Assembly (NCBI GenBank): GCA_902611225.1
Contig: CACLYZ010000003.1
Coordinates: forward strand, 13,115-77,114
Origin: an uncultured Prochlorococcus sp.
GTDB lineage: Bacteria; Cyanobacteriota; Cyanobacteriia; PCC-6307; Cyanobiaceae
Direction of reading: 5' to 3'
Length of the DNA: 64,000 nucleotides
The notes beneath the pieces were generated by a model. It was not told where the DNA came from. It saw only the letters and a list, made by a program, of their open reading frames with translations, and did not search any database. The position numbers were made by a program, and so were the translations under genes. Position 1 is the stretch's first letter; every line of letters starts with the position of its first letter. Below are positions 21,709-31,936 of the stretch, piece after piece.

Positions 21709-24700
21709 TTAGAATTCATTTTTTTCAATTATTGAATCAGTATTAATAATTATGTTCTTTAAATTTTCAATGACATCTGATGAACAATTATTCCACATTT
21801 TTCTATTTACAATTTCAAGAAATCTTTGTGCAATATCTCTTAAAGCCCATGGATTATTCTCTAGAAAGAAATTCCTAAGATCCAGATCACATAACCATGA
21901 TTTATAAACTTCCTCATAACACCAATCTGAGACTACTTCAGTAGAAGCATCAAAAGCATATAAGTAATCTAGTGTAGCTGAAAATTCAAACGCTCCTTTA
22001 TAACCATTATCCTTCATTCCATTTATCCATTTAGGGTTAAGTATTCTTGATATAACAACTTTATTAATTTCATCTTGTAATTTTGAAATTTTGGATAATC
22101 CAAATTTTGATAAATCACCATGATACATTTCAGGAAATTTACCGCTCAATTTTTTTACTGCTGAAGATAAGCCACCCTGAAACTGATAATAATCATCAGA
22201 ATCTAAAATATCATGTTCCTTATTATCTTGGTTATGAACAACTAACTGAACATTTTTAAGAGCATTTTCTAATGATTTTTTATCCTCTATAGGTTCAAGA
22301 TTATCACTGTAAATCCACTTACTCCAATTAAGAAAAGATTCTCCAAAATCATCAATATTTTCCCAATTAGAATTAGAAATTAGTTCTTGTAGTCCAGCTC
22401 CATATGAACCTGGCGCTGAACCAAATATACGATTAATTGAATCGCCATCCCTTGATGCCCCAGCAAGAGGGTTAAATTTATCATCCTCATTAAGATTAGA
22501 AACAAGATTTATTGCTTTAGAAGTTAATTTAACTAACTGTGGAAATGCATCTCTAAACATTCCTGAAATCCTTAAAGTAACATCAACCCTTGGTCTTTCG
22601 AGAACAGATAAAGGAATGATTTCTAGATCTACTACTCTTCTTGAGGGCCCATCCCAAATAGGCTGTACTCCTAATAAATATAGTATTTGACAAATGTCTT
22701 CACCACCATTTCTCATTGTGGATGTTGCCCATACAGATATTGCTATATTTTTTAAATCTTCTCCATTATCTTGTTTGTATAAATCAAGTATTTGTGAGGC
22801 GGATTGACAACCAACACTCCATGCTGATTCAGTTGGCAGTCCTCTCGAATCAACTGAAAAGAAATTTTTACCAGTGGGTAAAGCTTCAGTTTTACCTCTC
22901 GTAGGGGCTCCAGATGGACCACTTTCTACATATTGTCCATTTAACGAATTAATAAATGATAATTTCTCATTATATGAAGAATTAATGATTGGATATAGAA
23001 TCTCTTTTTTTAATAATAAAAAATACTTATTATGTTTTTTTTCATTAAAGAAATAGTCTATTATTTTCTGATTTTTATATTTCTCAAGATTTTTTATATT
23101 GGTATTCTTTTTGTAAAAAAACAAATATATTAAATACTTTGCTTGTTGTTCCAAAAAATCAATAGCCATTCTAAAGTTTAAAATGTTTTTGTTGGAAAAA
23201 GTCAATAATATTTTTTTATCCTTTTCACTTAACTTTTGATCATATATATTTGTCCAAGGATCCAAATCTAGTTTTAAATGTTTTGCTATATATTGAACAA
23301 TCCCAATTCTATTGGCATTTGGCACTCTAGCGACACACAAGAATAAATTTATTTCATTAATGTCATTCTGCCTATTACCAAAAATATGCAAACCTGTCCT
23401 AATTTGAGATTCTTTAATTTTGCAAAGAAAAGAATCAATCTCTTCAATTTGATTATTTTTATTATTTAAAGTGATTTCGTTAAAATCTTTTTTAATTAAT
23501 TCAAAAATGGATTTTTCTATAATTTCAATCCGATTAGAATTTAATAATTTTGCTTCAAAATATTCGTCTAAATAATTTTCTAATATTGAATATTTTCCAT
23601 ATAATTCTGACCTATCCAAAGGAGGGGTTAAATGATCAATAATTGTTGCAGCAGTTCTTCTTTTAGCTTGGGATCCTTCCCCAGGATCATTTACGATAAA
23701 AGGATATATGTTTGGTATTGCTGGACAAATAATATTTGGAAAACATTTATTACTGAGACCTATAGATTTGCCAGGTAACCATTCAACAGTCCCATGTTTA
23801 CCAATATGGCAAATAGCATTTGCGTTAAAAACTTTTTCAATCCAAAAATATTGTGCTAAATATCTATGGGGAGGTGGAAGATCGGGAGAATGAATATCTC
23901 TATCAGTGAAAGAGTCATAACCTCGTTGAGGTTGAATCAATAATGTTATTTTTCCAAATCTAATACCATTTATTGAGAAGCCTTCATTATCAAGATCGAT
24001 CGCTTCTGATGGTTTGCCCCAACGGTTAAGAATAATATTTTTTGGTTCAAGTTCTAAATAATTCCAATATTTTAAATATTCACTAAGTGGTAAGTAATCT
24101 AATGGTTTATTATTTTGAGATTCAATATCATTAGTTCTAGTTTTTATAAGTATTGACATTAATTCCGAAGAATCATGAGGATAATTACAAGATCCAAGAT
24201 CATAACCTTCTTCTTTTAACCAGTTAAGAATATTTATTATCGAAGATGGTGTATTAAGACCAACACCATTACCGATTCTTCCATTCTTTACTGGATAATT
24301 ACTTATTATTAAACAAATTTTTTTTTCAAAATTATTAAGTTGTTGAAGTTTCACATAATTTGTTGCGAATTTTGAAATCCATTTAATACCTACTTGATCA
24401 GCTTTGTAACTGGTTATTTCACTGTAGAGTGTATTTTTTTTAGAAATTATTTCTTTGAATGCCGAAGGACAGGTAGTAATCCTTCCATCAAATTCAGGAA
24501 TAATTATTTGCATCAATAAATCAGATGAATTCATTCCAATGGATGAATTTAACCAATTTTTTCTTGATCTATTTGAAGAGAGAAGCTGTAAAATTGGAAT
24601 TTTAAGAGAAGTAAAAATATTTGTAGAATTTTCAATTAATTCGTTATTTTTGATTTGAGATGAAGAAAATGAAGTTGTGGTAATTATTAATTTAATATCT

Positions 24701-25446
24701 TCCTTTTTAAAAATTTCTATTAATTTCTCTTGAATAATATGATCTTTTAGTGTTGAAATAAATAACGTTTTAGGCGATAGTCCGCATCTTCGTAACTGCA
24801 AGTTAAGTTTTTCGTTTACTTCAATTTCATTAGCCAAAAAAAGTGATTTATAGGATATTATTCCAATCTTTTCTCCTTTTTCAATTTTCCAATCATATAA
24901 ATAAGGATCTGGATAAAAACTAATATTCAAAAACTCATCAGGAATTAATGTTTCATTTACCTTTAGATAATTTAAACAATTAAGAAATTTTCTATAATTC
25001 TCCATTCCTCCCGATCTTAGTAATCTAGAAAAATTCATTGCAATATTTTTATCTATACTACTTATTTCACTTAAGGACACTTCCTGATCAACGGTACCTG
25101 ATAGGATTACTAACTTCCTTTTTTTATTGACTGCTTGCCAATTTAAAAGTTGTTCAATTCCATAGTTCCATGTACCTTTATCGCCAAAAATTCTTAGTAT
25201 GACAACTTTTGCATAATTAATTGTTTTTAATAAATAATTATCTATTTGAGCTGAGGAATTTAAATTAGAAATTTCTAAAGCTCTTATATTATTTTTTAAT
25301 GAAGCAAATTCTTTTTCTATCAATAATTTTGATATGAGATTTAAATCAGCTTTTACACTTGTTATAAAAATAAAATCTGCCGCTGGTTGCTCAATTAAAT
25401 CATCATTATTCTTTTCATTTCCTGCTACATTTAATATCCTGTGCAT
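21709..25446 (-). CDS. cobN: Cobaltochelatase subunit CobN
   Basis: HIGKHGTVEWLPGK, GEGSQAKRR, LPTGKNF, RISGMFRDAFP. Confidence 0.95.
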   Translation of the reverse strand: MHRILNVAGNEKNNDDLIEQPAADFIFITSVKADLNLISKLLIEKEFASLKNNIRALEISNLNSSAQIDNYLLKTINYAKVVILRIFGDKGTWNYGIEQLLNWQAVNKKRKLVILSGTVDQEVSLSEISSIDKNIAMNFSRLLRSGGMENYRKFLNCLNYLKVNETLIPDEFLNISFYPDPYLYDWKIEKGEKIGIISYKSLFLANEIEVNEKLNLQLRRCGLSPKTLFISTLKDHIIQEKLIEIFKKEDIKLIITTTSFSSSQIKNNELIENSTNIFTSLKIPILQLLSSNRSRKNWLNSSIGMNSSDLLMQIIIPEFDGRITTCPSAFKEIISKKNTLYSEITSYKADQVGIKWISKFATNYVKLQQLNNFEKKICLIISNYPVKNGRIGNGVGLNTPSSIINILNWLKEEGYDLGSCNYPHDSSELMSILIKTRTNDIESQNNKPLDYLPLSEYLKYWNYLELEPKNIILNRWGKPSEAIDLDNEGFSINGIRFGKITLLIQPQRGYDSFTDRDIHSPDLPPPHRYLAQYFWIEKVFNANAICHIGKHGTVEWLPGKSIGLSNKCFPNIICPAIPNIYPFIVNDPGEGSQAKRRTAATIIDHLTPPLDRSELYGKYSILENYLDEYFEAKLLNSNRIEIIEKSIFELIKKDFNEITLNNKNNQIEEIDSFLCKIKESQIRTGLHIFGNRQNDINEINLFLCVARVPNANRIGIVQYIAKHLKLDLDPWTNIYDQKLSEKDKKILLTFSNKNILNFRMAIDFLEQQAKYLIYLFFYKKNTNIKNLEKYKNQKIIDYFFNEKKHNKYFLLLKKEILYPIINSSYNEKLSFINSLNGQYVESGPSGAPTRGKTEALPTGKNFFSVDSRGLPTESAWSVGCQSASQILDLYKQDNGEDLKNIAISVWATSTMRNGGEDICQILYLLGVQPIWDGPSRRVVDLEIIPLSVLERPRVDVTLRISGMFRDAFPQLVKLTSKAINLVSNLNEDDKFNPLAGASRDGDSINRIFGSAPGSYGAGLQELISNSNWENIDDFGESFLNWSKWIYSDNLEPIEDKKSLENALKNVQLVVHNQDNKEHDILDSDDYYQFQGGLSSAVKKLSGKFPEMYHGDLSKFGLSKISKLQDEINKVVISRILNPKWINGMKDNGYKGAFEFSATLDYLYAFDASTEVVSDWCYEEVYKSWLCDLDLRNFFLENNPWALRDIAQRFLEIVNRKMWNNCSSDVIENLKNIIINTDSIIEKNEF

Positions 25447-25518
25447 TTTTATATATAAATAAGGTTTAGAATACGTAAGTAGGATAAAACAAGTTTACCT
25501 TAATTAAATAAATTAAAT

Positions 25519-26433
25519 ATGCATGAATTTCTTCCATACGCTTGGTTCGAAGGTAAGTGTATTCCATTTAAAGAAGCAAAAATATCAATAGCTACTCATG
25601 CACTACATTATGGTACTGCTGCATTTGGAGGGATGAGAGCGATACCTAACCCTTCGAATAAAGACGAATTCCTTTTGTTTAGAACTGATAAACATATAAA
25701 AAGATTATCTCAAAGTGCAAAATTACTCTTAACTGATATTTCTGAAGAATATATTTTTAAAGCTTTAGAAGAAGTTATAAAAAAAAACAAGCCCAAAAAC
25801 CCTATTTATATAAGACCTTTTGTATACACAAGCGATTTAGGTATAGCTCCAAGGTTACACAATATTGAAACAGATTTCTTTATTTATTGTATTGAACTAG
25901 GAGATTATCTATCCCCAGATGGTGTTTCTTGTAGAATGAGTAGTTGGACGAGACAAGAAGATAGATCTCTCCCATTGCGAGGAAAAATAAGTGGAGCTTA
26001 TATTACTAGCTCATTAGCTAAAACAGAGGCTAGTTTATCGGGTTTTGATGAAGCCTTGCTATTAAATTCAAGTGGTAAGGTAAGCGAAGCTAGTGGTATG
26101 AATTTATTTATTGTAAGAAATGGAGACTTAATAACTCCAGGGGTTGATCAAGATATCCTTGAGGGGATTACTAGAGCTAGTGTAATTGAATTGGCAAAAG
26201 CATTTGGAATAAATGTAATTGAAAGGCCAGTTGATAAAACAGAATTATTAATAGCAGATGAAGTTTTTCTAACTGGTACAGCAGCAAAAATTACACCAGT
26301 TAAAAAAATTGAATCAACTGAATTAAATGTTCATAGACCAATAATGATTAAATTAAAAAGTAAGCTTATAGAAATAACAGAAGGTCGTTCTCAAGACTAT
26401 GATGATTGGGTAACAAGAATTTCTCTACAATAA
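25519..26433 (+). CDS. ilvE: Branched-chain amino acid aminotransferase
   Basis: ALHYGTAAFGGMRA, GKISGAY, LEGITR, EVFLTGTAA. Confidence 0.94.
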   Translation: MHEFLPYAWFEGKCIPFKEAKISIATHALHYGTAAFGGMRAIPNPSNKDEFLLFRTDKHIKRLSQSAKLLLTDISEEYIFKALEEVIKKNKPKNPIYIRPFVYTSDLGIAPRLHNIETDFFIYCIELGDYLSPDGVSCRMSSWTRQEDRSLPLRGKISGAYITSSLAKTEASLSGFDEALLLNSSGKVSEASGMNLFIVRNGDLITPGVDQDILEGITRASVIELAKAFGINVIERPVDKTELLIADEVFLTGTAAKITPVKKIESTELNVHRPIMIKLKSKLIEITEGRSQDYDDWVTRISLQ

Positions 26434-26451
26434 ATTGATTTTTACCCAAAA

Positions 26452-29400
26452 ATGGAATCTTTCAGAACCTATCTAAATAGAGATGAAAAACCATTAATTA
26501 TTTTTGACGGGGGTACTGGAACATCATTTCAGAACTTAAATCTTACTGCAGATGACTTTGGAGGAAAAGAATTAGAAGGTTGTAATGAAAACCTTGTTTT
26601 ATCCTCACCAAAGATAGTTGAAAGGGTTCATGATTCATTCCTAGAAGCAGGTTGTCATGTTATAGAAACTAATACTTTTGGAGCCTCATCCATAGTTCTT
26701 GATGAATATGATATTGCGGATAAGGCATATGAAATAAATAAAAATGCTGCATTAATAGCAAAAAACGCTGCGTCCAAATATATATCAGTTGATAAACCAA
26801 GGTTTGTTGCTGGTTCAATTGGACCAACCACTAAATTACCGACATTAGGACATATAGATTTTGATGAATTAAAGCAATCATATAAAGAACAAATATATGG
26901 TCTTATAGATGGAGGAGTTGATCTTCTTTTAATTGAAACTTGTCAAGATGTATTGCAAATAAAATCTGCCCTATCAGCATCAAAAGAAGTACTTGATAGT
27001 AAAAATATAGATTTACCCATAATGGTATCTATAACAATGGAAACAACAGGTACTATGCTTGTTGGATCTGATATCGCATCTGCATTAACAATACTAGAGC
27101 CATTTAACATAGATGTCCTTGGACTTAATTGTGCAACTGGTCCAGAACAAATGAAGGAACATATTAAATATTTGTCTGAAAATTCACCATTCGCAATAAG
27201 TTGTATTCCCAATGCAGGACTACCTGAAAATGTTGGTGGTGTTGCTCACTACAGATTAAAGCCAATGGAATTAAAGATGCAGCTAATGAATTTTATCTAC
27301 GACTTTAATGTTCAATTAATAGGTGGATGTTGTGGGACGACACCTGATCATATTAAATATCTTTATTCAATAATTGACGAAATTATTGATAAGGAAAGGA
27401 CTAGCAAAAATGGTAAGAACAATTCAAGTGGATATATTCCTTCTGCTTCATCCATATATAATTCTGTGCCGTACAAACAAGATAATTCAATTTTGATTGT
27501 AGGAGAAAGATTAAATGCAAGTGGATCTAAAAAGGTAAGGGAGTTATTAAATAACGATGACTGGGATGGACTAGTTTCAATTGCCAAGCAACAACAAAAA
27601 GAAAATGCACACGTACTTGATGTGAATGTTGATTATGTGGGTAGAGATGGAGTGAAAGATATGAAAGAAATAACTTCAAGACTAGTTACCAATATAAATT
27701 TGCCATTAATGATTGACTCTACAGATGCTGAAAAAATGGAAAGTGGATTAAAGTCAGCTGGTGGTAAATGTATTTTAAATTCAACAAATTACGAAGACGG
27801 AGATGAAAGATTTGATCAAGTTCTAAATTTAGCATTGGGGTATGGTTCAGGACTTGTTGTCGGAACTATTGATGAAGATGGAATGGCAAGGAATTCAGAT
27901 AAAAAATATAACATTGTTGAACGAGCGATTAATAGAACAAGAGAATGTGGTTTGTCTGATTATGAGCTCTTTTTTGATCCATTAGCTTTGCCAATATCTA
28001 CTGGGATAGAAGAAGATAGATTAAACGCTAAAGAAACAATTACTGCTATATCAAAAATTCGTGATAATTTCCCAGATATTCATATCATACTGGGGATATC
28101 AAACATTAGTTTTGGTCTTTCACCATTATCTAGAATTAATTTAAATTCAATATTTTTAGATGAATGCATTAAAGCGGGATTGGATTCTGCTATCATCGCA
28201 CCAAATAAAATTTTGCCATTATCAAAAATTTCTCAAGAAACTAAAAAGCTTTGCTTAGATTTGATATATGACAAAAGAGAATTTGAAAATGATATTTGTA
28301 TTTATGATCCATTAGTAGAATTAACAAAGGCTTTTCAAGATTTATCTATTCAGGATTTCAAAAAAGCATCTTCAGAAAATAAAAACTTAACTCTGGAAGA
28401 AAGTCTAAAAAATCATATTATTGATGGAGAAAAAATAGGTTTAGAGGATCAATTAAATAAAGCATTAAAAAAATATAAACCTCTTGAAATAATAAATACC
28501 TTTTTACTAGATGGGATGAAAGTTGTAGGAGATTTATTTGGCTCAGGTCAAATGCAATTGCCATTTGTACTCCAATCCGCTGAAACAATGAAATTTGCGG
28601 TTTCAATTTTAGAACCACATATGGAAACGGTAGACCAAAACATATCAAATGGAAAACTCTTAATAGCAACTGTCAAAGGAGATGTTCATGATATTGGGAA
28701 AAATTTGGTTGATATAATCCTTACAAATAATGGTTATGACGTTATAAATCTTGGAATAAAGCAAGATGTTTCAGCAATTATAGATGCACAAAAGAAGCAC
28801 AATGCTGATTGCATCGCTATGAGCGGATTACTTGTTAAATCAACTGCATTCATGAAAGATAATTTAGAGGCTTTTAACAATGAAGATATTAGTGTACCAG
28901 TAATATTAGGAGGTGCAGCCTTAACCCCAAAATTTGTAAATGAGGACTGCAGCAAAATATATAAAGGGAAAATATTGTACGGAAAAGATGCGTTCACTGA
29001 TCTTAAATTTATGAATGAATATATGGATAATAAAAAAAAGGGTAATTGGTCAAATACTGAGGGTTTCATTAATAATGAGGGTATAAATATTAATTTAGCC
29101 TCATCAAAATCCAACTCTCAAGCTGTTAAAGAATCAATATCAATAAATACCGAGACTTCCAAATTAAATTTAAAAGAAAATTTTGAAAGATCTAAATTTA
29201 TAAATGAAGAAGGACCTATTCAAGCTCCTTTCTTGGGAACGAAAGTCTTAAACGACGTTGATATAGATTTAAATAAGTTAATTTTTTATTTAGATACAAA
29301 AGCTCTTTTTAGCGGACAATGGCAAATAAAAAAGGGAAAAAACCAAAGCGTAGATGAATACAATAACTATTTGGATTCATACGCTAAACCATTGTTAGAT

Positions 29401-30018
29401 AAATGGTTAAATACTATTATAGAAAAAAAACTTATCTCACCTAAAGCAGTTTACGGATATTTCAGATGCGGTAGAAAAGATAATAGTATTTTCTTATTTG
29501 ATGATAAATCATTAAATAAAATTTCCGAATTTAATTTCCCAAGACAAAAATCTGGGAATAATTTATGCATAGCTGATTTTTATTGTGATTTGAAAAAGGA
29601 TAAACCGATAGATATATTTCCTATGCAGGCAGTAACGATGGGCGATATTGCCAGTGAATATTCTCAAAAATTATTTAAAGAAGATAAATATAGCGATTAT
29701 TTATTATTCCATGGACTTACAGTGCAATTAGCAGAAGCTCTAGCTGAGTATGTCCATGCATTAATTCGTATTGAATGTGGTTTTAGGACTGAAGAACCAG
29801 ACAAAAATAGAGAAATACTAGCTCAAAAATATAGAGGAGCTAGATATTCATTTGGTTATCCTGCATGTCCAAAAGTATCTGATTCAAACATACAATTATC
29901 ATTGTTGGATGCAAAAAGAATAAGCTTGACCATGGATGAATCTGAACAACTTCATCCAGAACAAAGTACTACAGCTATCATTTCACTGCACTCAAAAGCT
30001 AAATATTTCAGCGCTTAA
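26452..30018 (+). CDS. metH: Cobalamin-dependent methionine synthase
   Basis: GGCCGTTP, GERLNASGS, GDVHDIGKN (B12 site), RYSFGYPACP. Confidence 0.97.
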   Translation: MESFRTYLNRDEKPLIIFDGGTGTSFQNLNLTADDFGGKELEGCNENLVLSSPKIVERVHDSFLEAGCHVIETNTFGASSIVLDEYDIADKAYEINKNAALIAKNAASKYISVDKPRFVAGSIGPTTKLPTLGHIDFDELKQSYKEQIYGLIDGGVDLLLIETCQDVLQIKSALSASKEVLDSKNIDLPIMVSITMETTGTMLVGSDIASALTILEPFNIDVLGLNCATGPEQMKEHIKYLSENSPFAISCIPNAGLPENVGGVAHYRLKPMELKMQLMNFIYDFNVQLIGGCCGTTPDHIKYLYSIIDEIIDKERTSKNGKNNSSGYIPSASSIYNSVPYKQDNSILIVGERLNASGSKKVRELLNNDDWDGLVSIAKQQQKENAHVLDVNVDYVGRDGVKDMKEITSRLVTNINLPLMIDSTDAEKMESGLKSAGGKCILNSTNYEDGDERFDQVLNLALGYGSGLVVGTIDEDGMARNSDKKYNIVERAINRTRECGLSDYELFFDPLALPISTGIEEDRLNAKETITAISKIRDNFPDIHIILGISNISFGLSPLSRINLNSIFLDECIKAGLDSAIIAPNKILPLSKISQETKKLCLDLIYDKREFENDICIYDPLVELTKAFQDLSIQDFKKASSENKNLTLEESLKNHIIDGEKIGLEDQLNKALKKYKPLEIINTFLLDGMKVVGDLFGSGQMQLPFVLQSAETMKFAVSILEPHMETVDQNISNGKLLIATVKGDVHDIGKNLVDIILTNNGYDVINLGIKQDVSAIIDAQKKHNADCIAMSGLLVKSTAFMKDNLEAFNNEDISVPVILGGAALTPKFVNEDCSKIYKGKILYGKDAFTDLKFMNEYMDNKKKGNWSNTEGFINNEGININLASSKSNSQAVKESISINTETSKLNLKENFERSKFINEEGPIQAPFLGTKVLNDVDIDLNKLIFYLDTKALFSGQWQIKKGKNQSVDEYNNYLDSYAKPLLDKWLNTIIEKKLISPKAVYGYFRCGRKDNSIFLFDDKSLNKISEFNFPRQKSGNNLCIADFYCDLKKDKPIDIFPMQAVTMGDIASEYSQKLFKEDKYSDYLLFHGLTVQLAEALAEYVHALIRIECGFRTEEPDKNREILAQKYRGARYSFGYPACPKVSDSNIQLSLLDAKRISLTMDESEQLHPEQSTTAIISLHSKAKYFSA

Positions 30019-30027
30019 TCTAAATCT

Positions 30028-30246
30028 TTAGTTGTTTTCTAAATATTCAATAATTTCTTCTTGAAGTTCTTCCATCGTTTCATTATCACCTAAATCAATT
30101 CCCTCACCCGCCGCGTCCTGTGTTAACTCAAGATAATATGAAGCGCCATCACTAGATAAAAATTCTAATGCGGAAGTTTCATCACTATCTTTAAAAGCTT
30201 CATAAAGAGCTTTAAATGCTATGTTTTCAGTAAAGTCCCAATCCAT
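30028..30246 (-). CDS. Small, highly acidic hypothetical protein
   Basis: 72-aa ORF with ATG start filling the intergenic gap. Confidence 0.75.
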   Translation of the reverse strand: MDWDFTENIAFKALYEAFKDSDETSALEFLSSDGASYYLELTQDAAGEGIDLGDNETMEELQEEIIEYLENN

Positions 30247-30345
30247 AATGAAAAAAACCTTATTAGAATTATTACCTCCTTACCCCCCATACTCGTCAAC
30301 CTTTTTTAAAGAAATGTTGGTGTTTTATTATTATTAAAAAAATCT

Positions 30346-30729
30346 ATGAACATAAATAATCAAAATCAGTTAAATGTCCTTGGAGAAAAAATTGAGATTT
30401 GTAGTTGCGCACCTATGACAGGGTGGTTCAGGGATGGATTTTGCAACTATGACAAGAATGATGGAGGGAATCATTCCATATGTTGTGTGATGGATGATAA
30501 TTTCCTGAAATATAGTAAATCACAAGGTAATGATTTAATTACTCCTGTGCCTATTTATTCCTTCCCAGGACTAAAGGATGGTGATCATTGGTGTATTTGT
30601 CTTGATAGGTGGAAGCAAGCATTGTTAGACGGTCTTGCACCAAAAGTCATATTAGAATCAACTAATATTGTAGTCTTAGAATCAGTACCTCTTGAAAAAT
30701 TGAAAGAATATCAATTTAATAAAAAGTAA
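30346..30729 (+). CDS. DUF2237-like protein
   Basis: NVLGE...PMTGWFRDGFC...GNDLITP...FPGLKDGDHWCIC. Confidence 0.88.
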   Translation: MNINNQNQLNVLGEKIEICSCAPMTGWFRDGFCNYDKNDGGNHSICCVMDDNFLKYSKSQGNDLITPVPIYSFPGLKDGDHWCICLDRWKQALLDGLAPKVILESTNIVVLESVPLEKLKEYQFNKK

Positions 30730-30777
30730 TTACAAGTTTATTTTTTTTTTTAAAATGGTTATGATAAATTTTTTTTA

Positions 30778-31608
30778 ATGAGTTTAGAAATATATTGGAA
30801 AAAAGCATTAGAACAAACTCGATTATCAATTGATGATGAATCTTTATATCCTCTCAAAACTGATATTATTACAAGAGATTTATATGATAAAGACGACTTC
30901 ATAATTAGGAAACTCGATACTTCAAAATTTATTAAAAAAAAAATTTATGGTCCTAAGCAAAATCCGTTTTGTCCTTGGGAAAAGATACTAGAAATTGATA
31001 AAATTGGTGATAATCATCAACTAATATTAAATAAGTACCCTGTACAAAAAGGTCATATTTTACTTATTACAAATAAATGGAAACCTCAAAATGGATGGTT
31101 AGATATTAAAGATTGGAGAGCGATCCAACAAGTTAATAATGATACTAGTGGATTATGGTTTTTCAATAGTTCTCCAATTGCGGGAGCAAGTCAACCTCAC
31201 AGGCATTTTCAACTTCTGCGTAGATCTAAAGGTGAGATATCATGCCCTAGAGAAAAGTGGTTTTTAGAGATGAACTCATATCAAGATCTAGATAATAAGC
31301 TTAAAAAAAATATTATTGTATCCAAATTTGATTTTTTAGAAAATCCATCATGTCTTTTTGAGTTTTACTTAGAATTATGCAAGAAATTGGGACTTGGGGA
31401 TCCTATTAGTGATAAGAAACCGAGATGTCCCTACAATATTTTAATAACTAATAAATGGATCGCTATTATAAAAAGAAAAAATGATCATATTCATGGTTTC
31501 AGTATTAACGGTTTAGGATTTGCAGGATATCTACTAGTAACTGAAAATTCAAATATTAATTATTTAAAGAAATTTGGCCCTGAAAAACTTCTAGAAAGTT
31601 TTGTTTGA
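30778..31608 (+). CDS. ATP adenylyltransferase / Ap4A phosphorylase family protein
   Basis: NPFCP, ILNKYPV, FFNSSPIAGASQPHRHFQ (HxHxQ), SINGLGFAG. Confidence 0.88.
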   Translation: MSLEIYWKKALEQTRLSIDDESLYPLKTDIITRDLYDKDDFIIRKLDTSKFIKKKIYGPKQNPFCPWEKILEIDKIGDNHQLILNKYPVQKGHILLITNKWKPQNGWLDIKDWRAIQQVNNDTSGLWFFNSSPIAGASQPHRHFQLLRRSKGEISCPREKWFLEMNSYQDLDNKLKKNIIVSKFDFLENPSCLFEFYLELCKKLGLGDPISDKKPRCPYNILITNKWIAIIKRKNDHIHGFSINGLGFAGYLLVTENSNINYLKKFGPEKLLESFV

Positions 31609-31611
31609 ATA

Positions 31612-31791
31612 CTAATTAGTTACCTCAACTTCCTTATCCCTGCTTATTTGGCTTTCTAGAACTTCTATAGATGCTGTTACTGATGCAATTTTACGTTCAA
31701 GTGAATCCTTAATATAGTTGAGCATTTCTAATTTCTTGTGTTGATAAAAACTCTTTTTTTCTTTAGAGGACTTGGAATAACAATTAAACAT
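31612..31791 (-). CDS. Small hypothetical coiled-coil protein (59 aa)
   Basis: Manual translation MFNCYSKSSKEKKSFYQHKKLEMLNYIKDSLERKIASVTASIEVLESQISRDKEVEVTN; below the ORF-track cutoff. Confidence 0.65.
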   Translation of the reverse strand: MFNCYSKSSKEKKSFYQHKKLEMLNYIKDSLERKIASVTASIEVLESQISRDKEVEVTN

Positions 31792-31936
31792 TTTTTATTT
31801 TTATTATAAAAAGATACTTAATTGACTTGTGACAGAAAAAATAAATTGGTTTTAATTTAAAAACAATATTCCTTATGGACTTTCAATATTTTTTGAATAA
31901 AATTAAATAAATTCCATACTCTTCAAGAAAATATTA

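Noticed and set aside
21709-30018. Cobalamin riboswitch near cobN/metH
   Set aside because: Intergenic gaps are too short (72 and 18 bp) and no B12 box was seen
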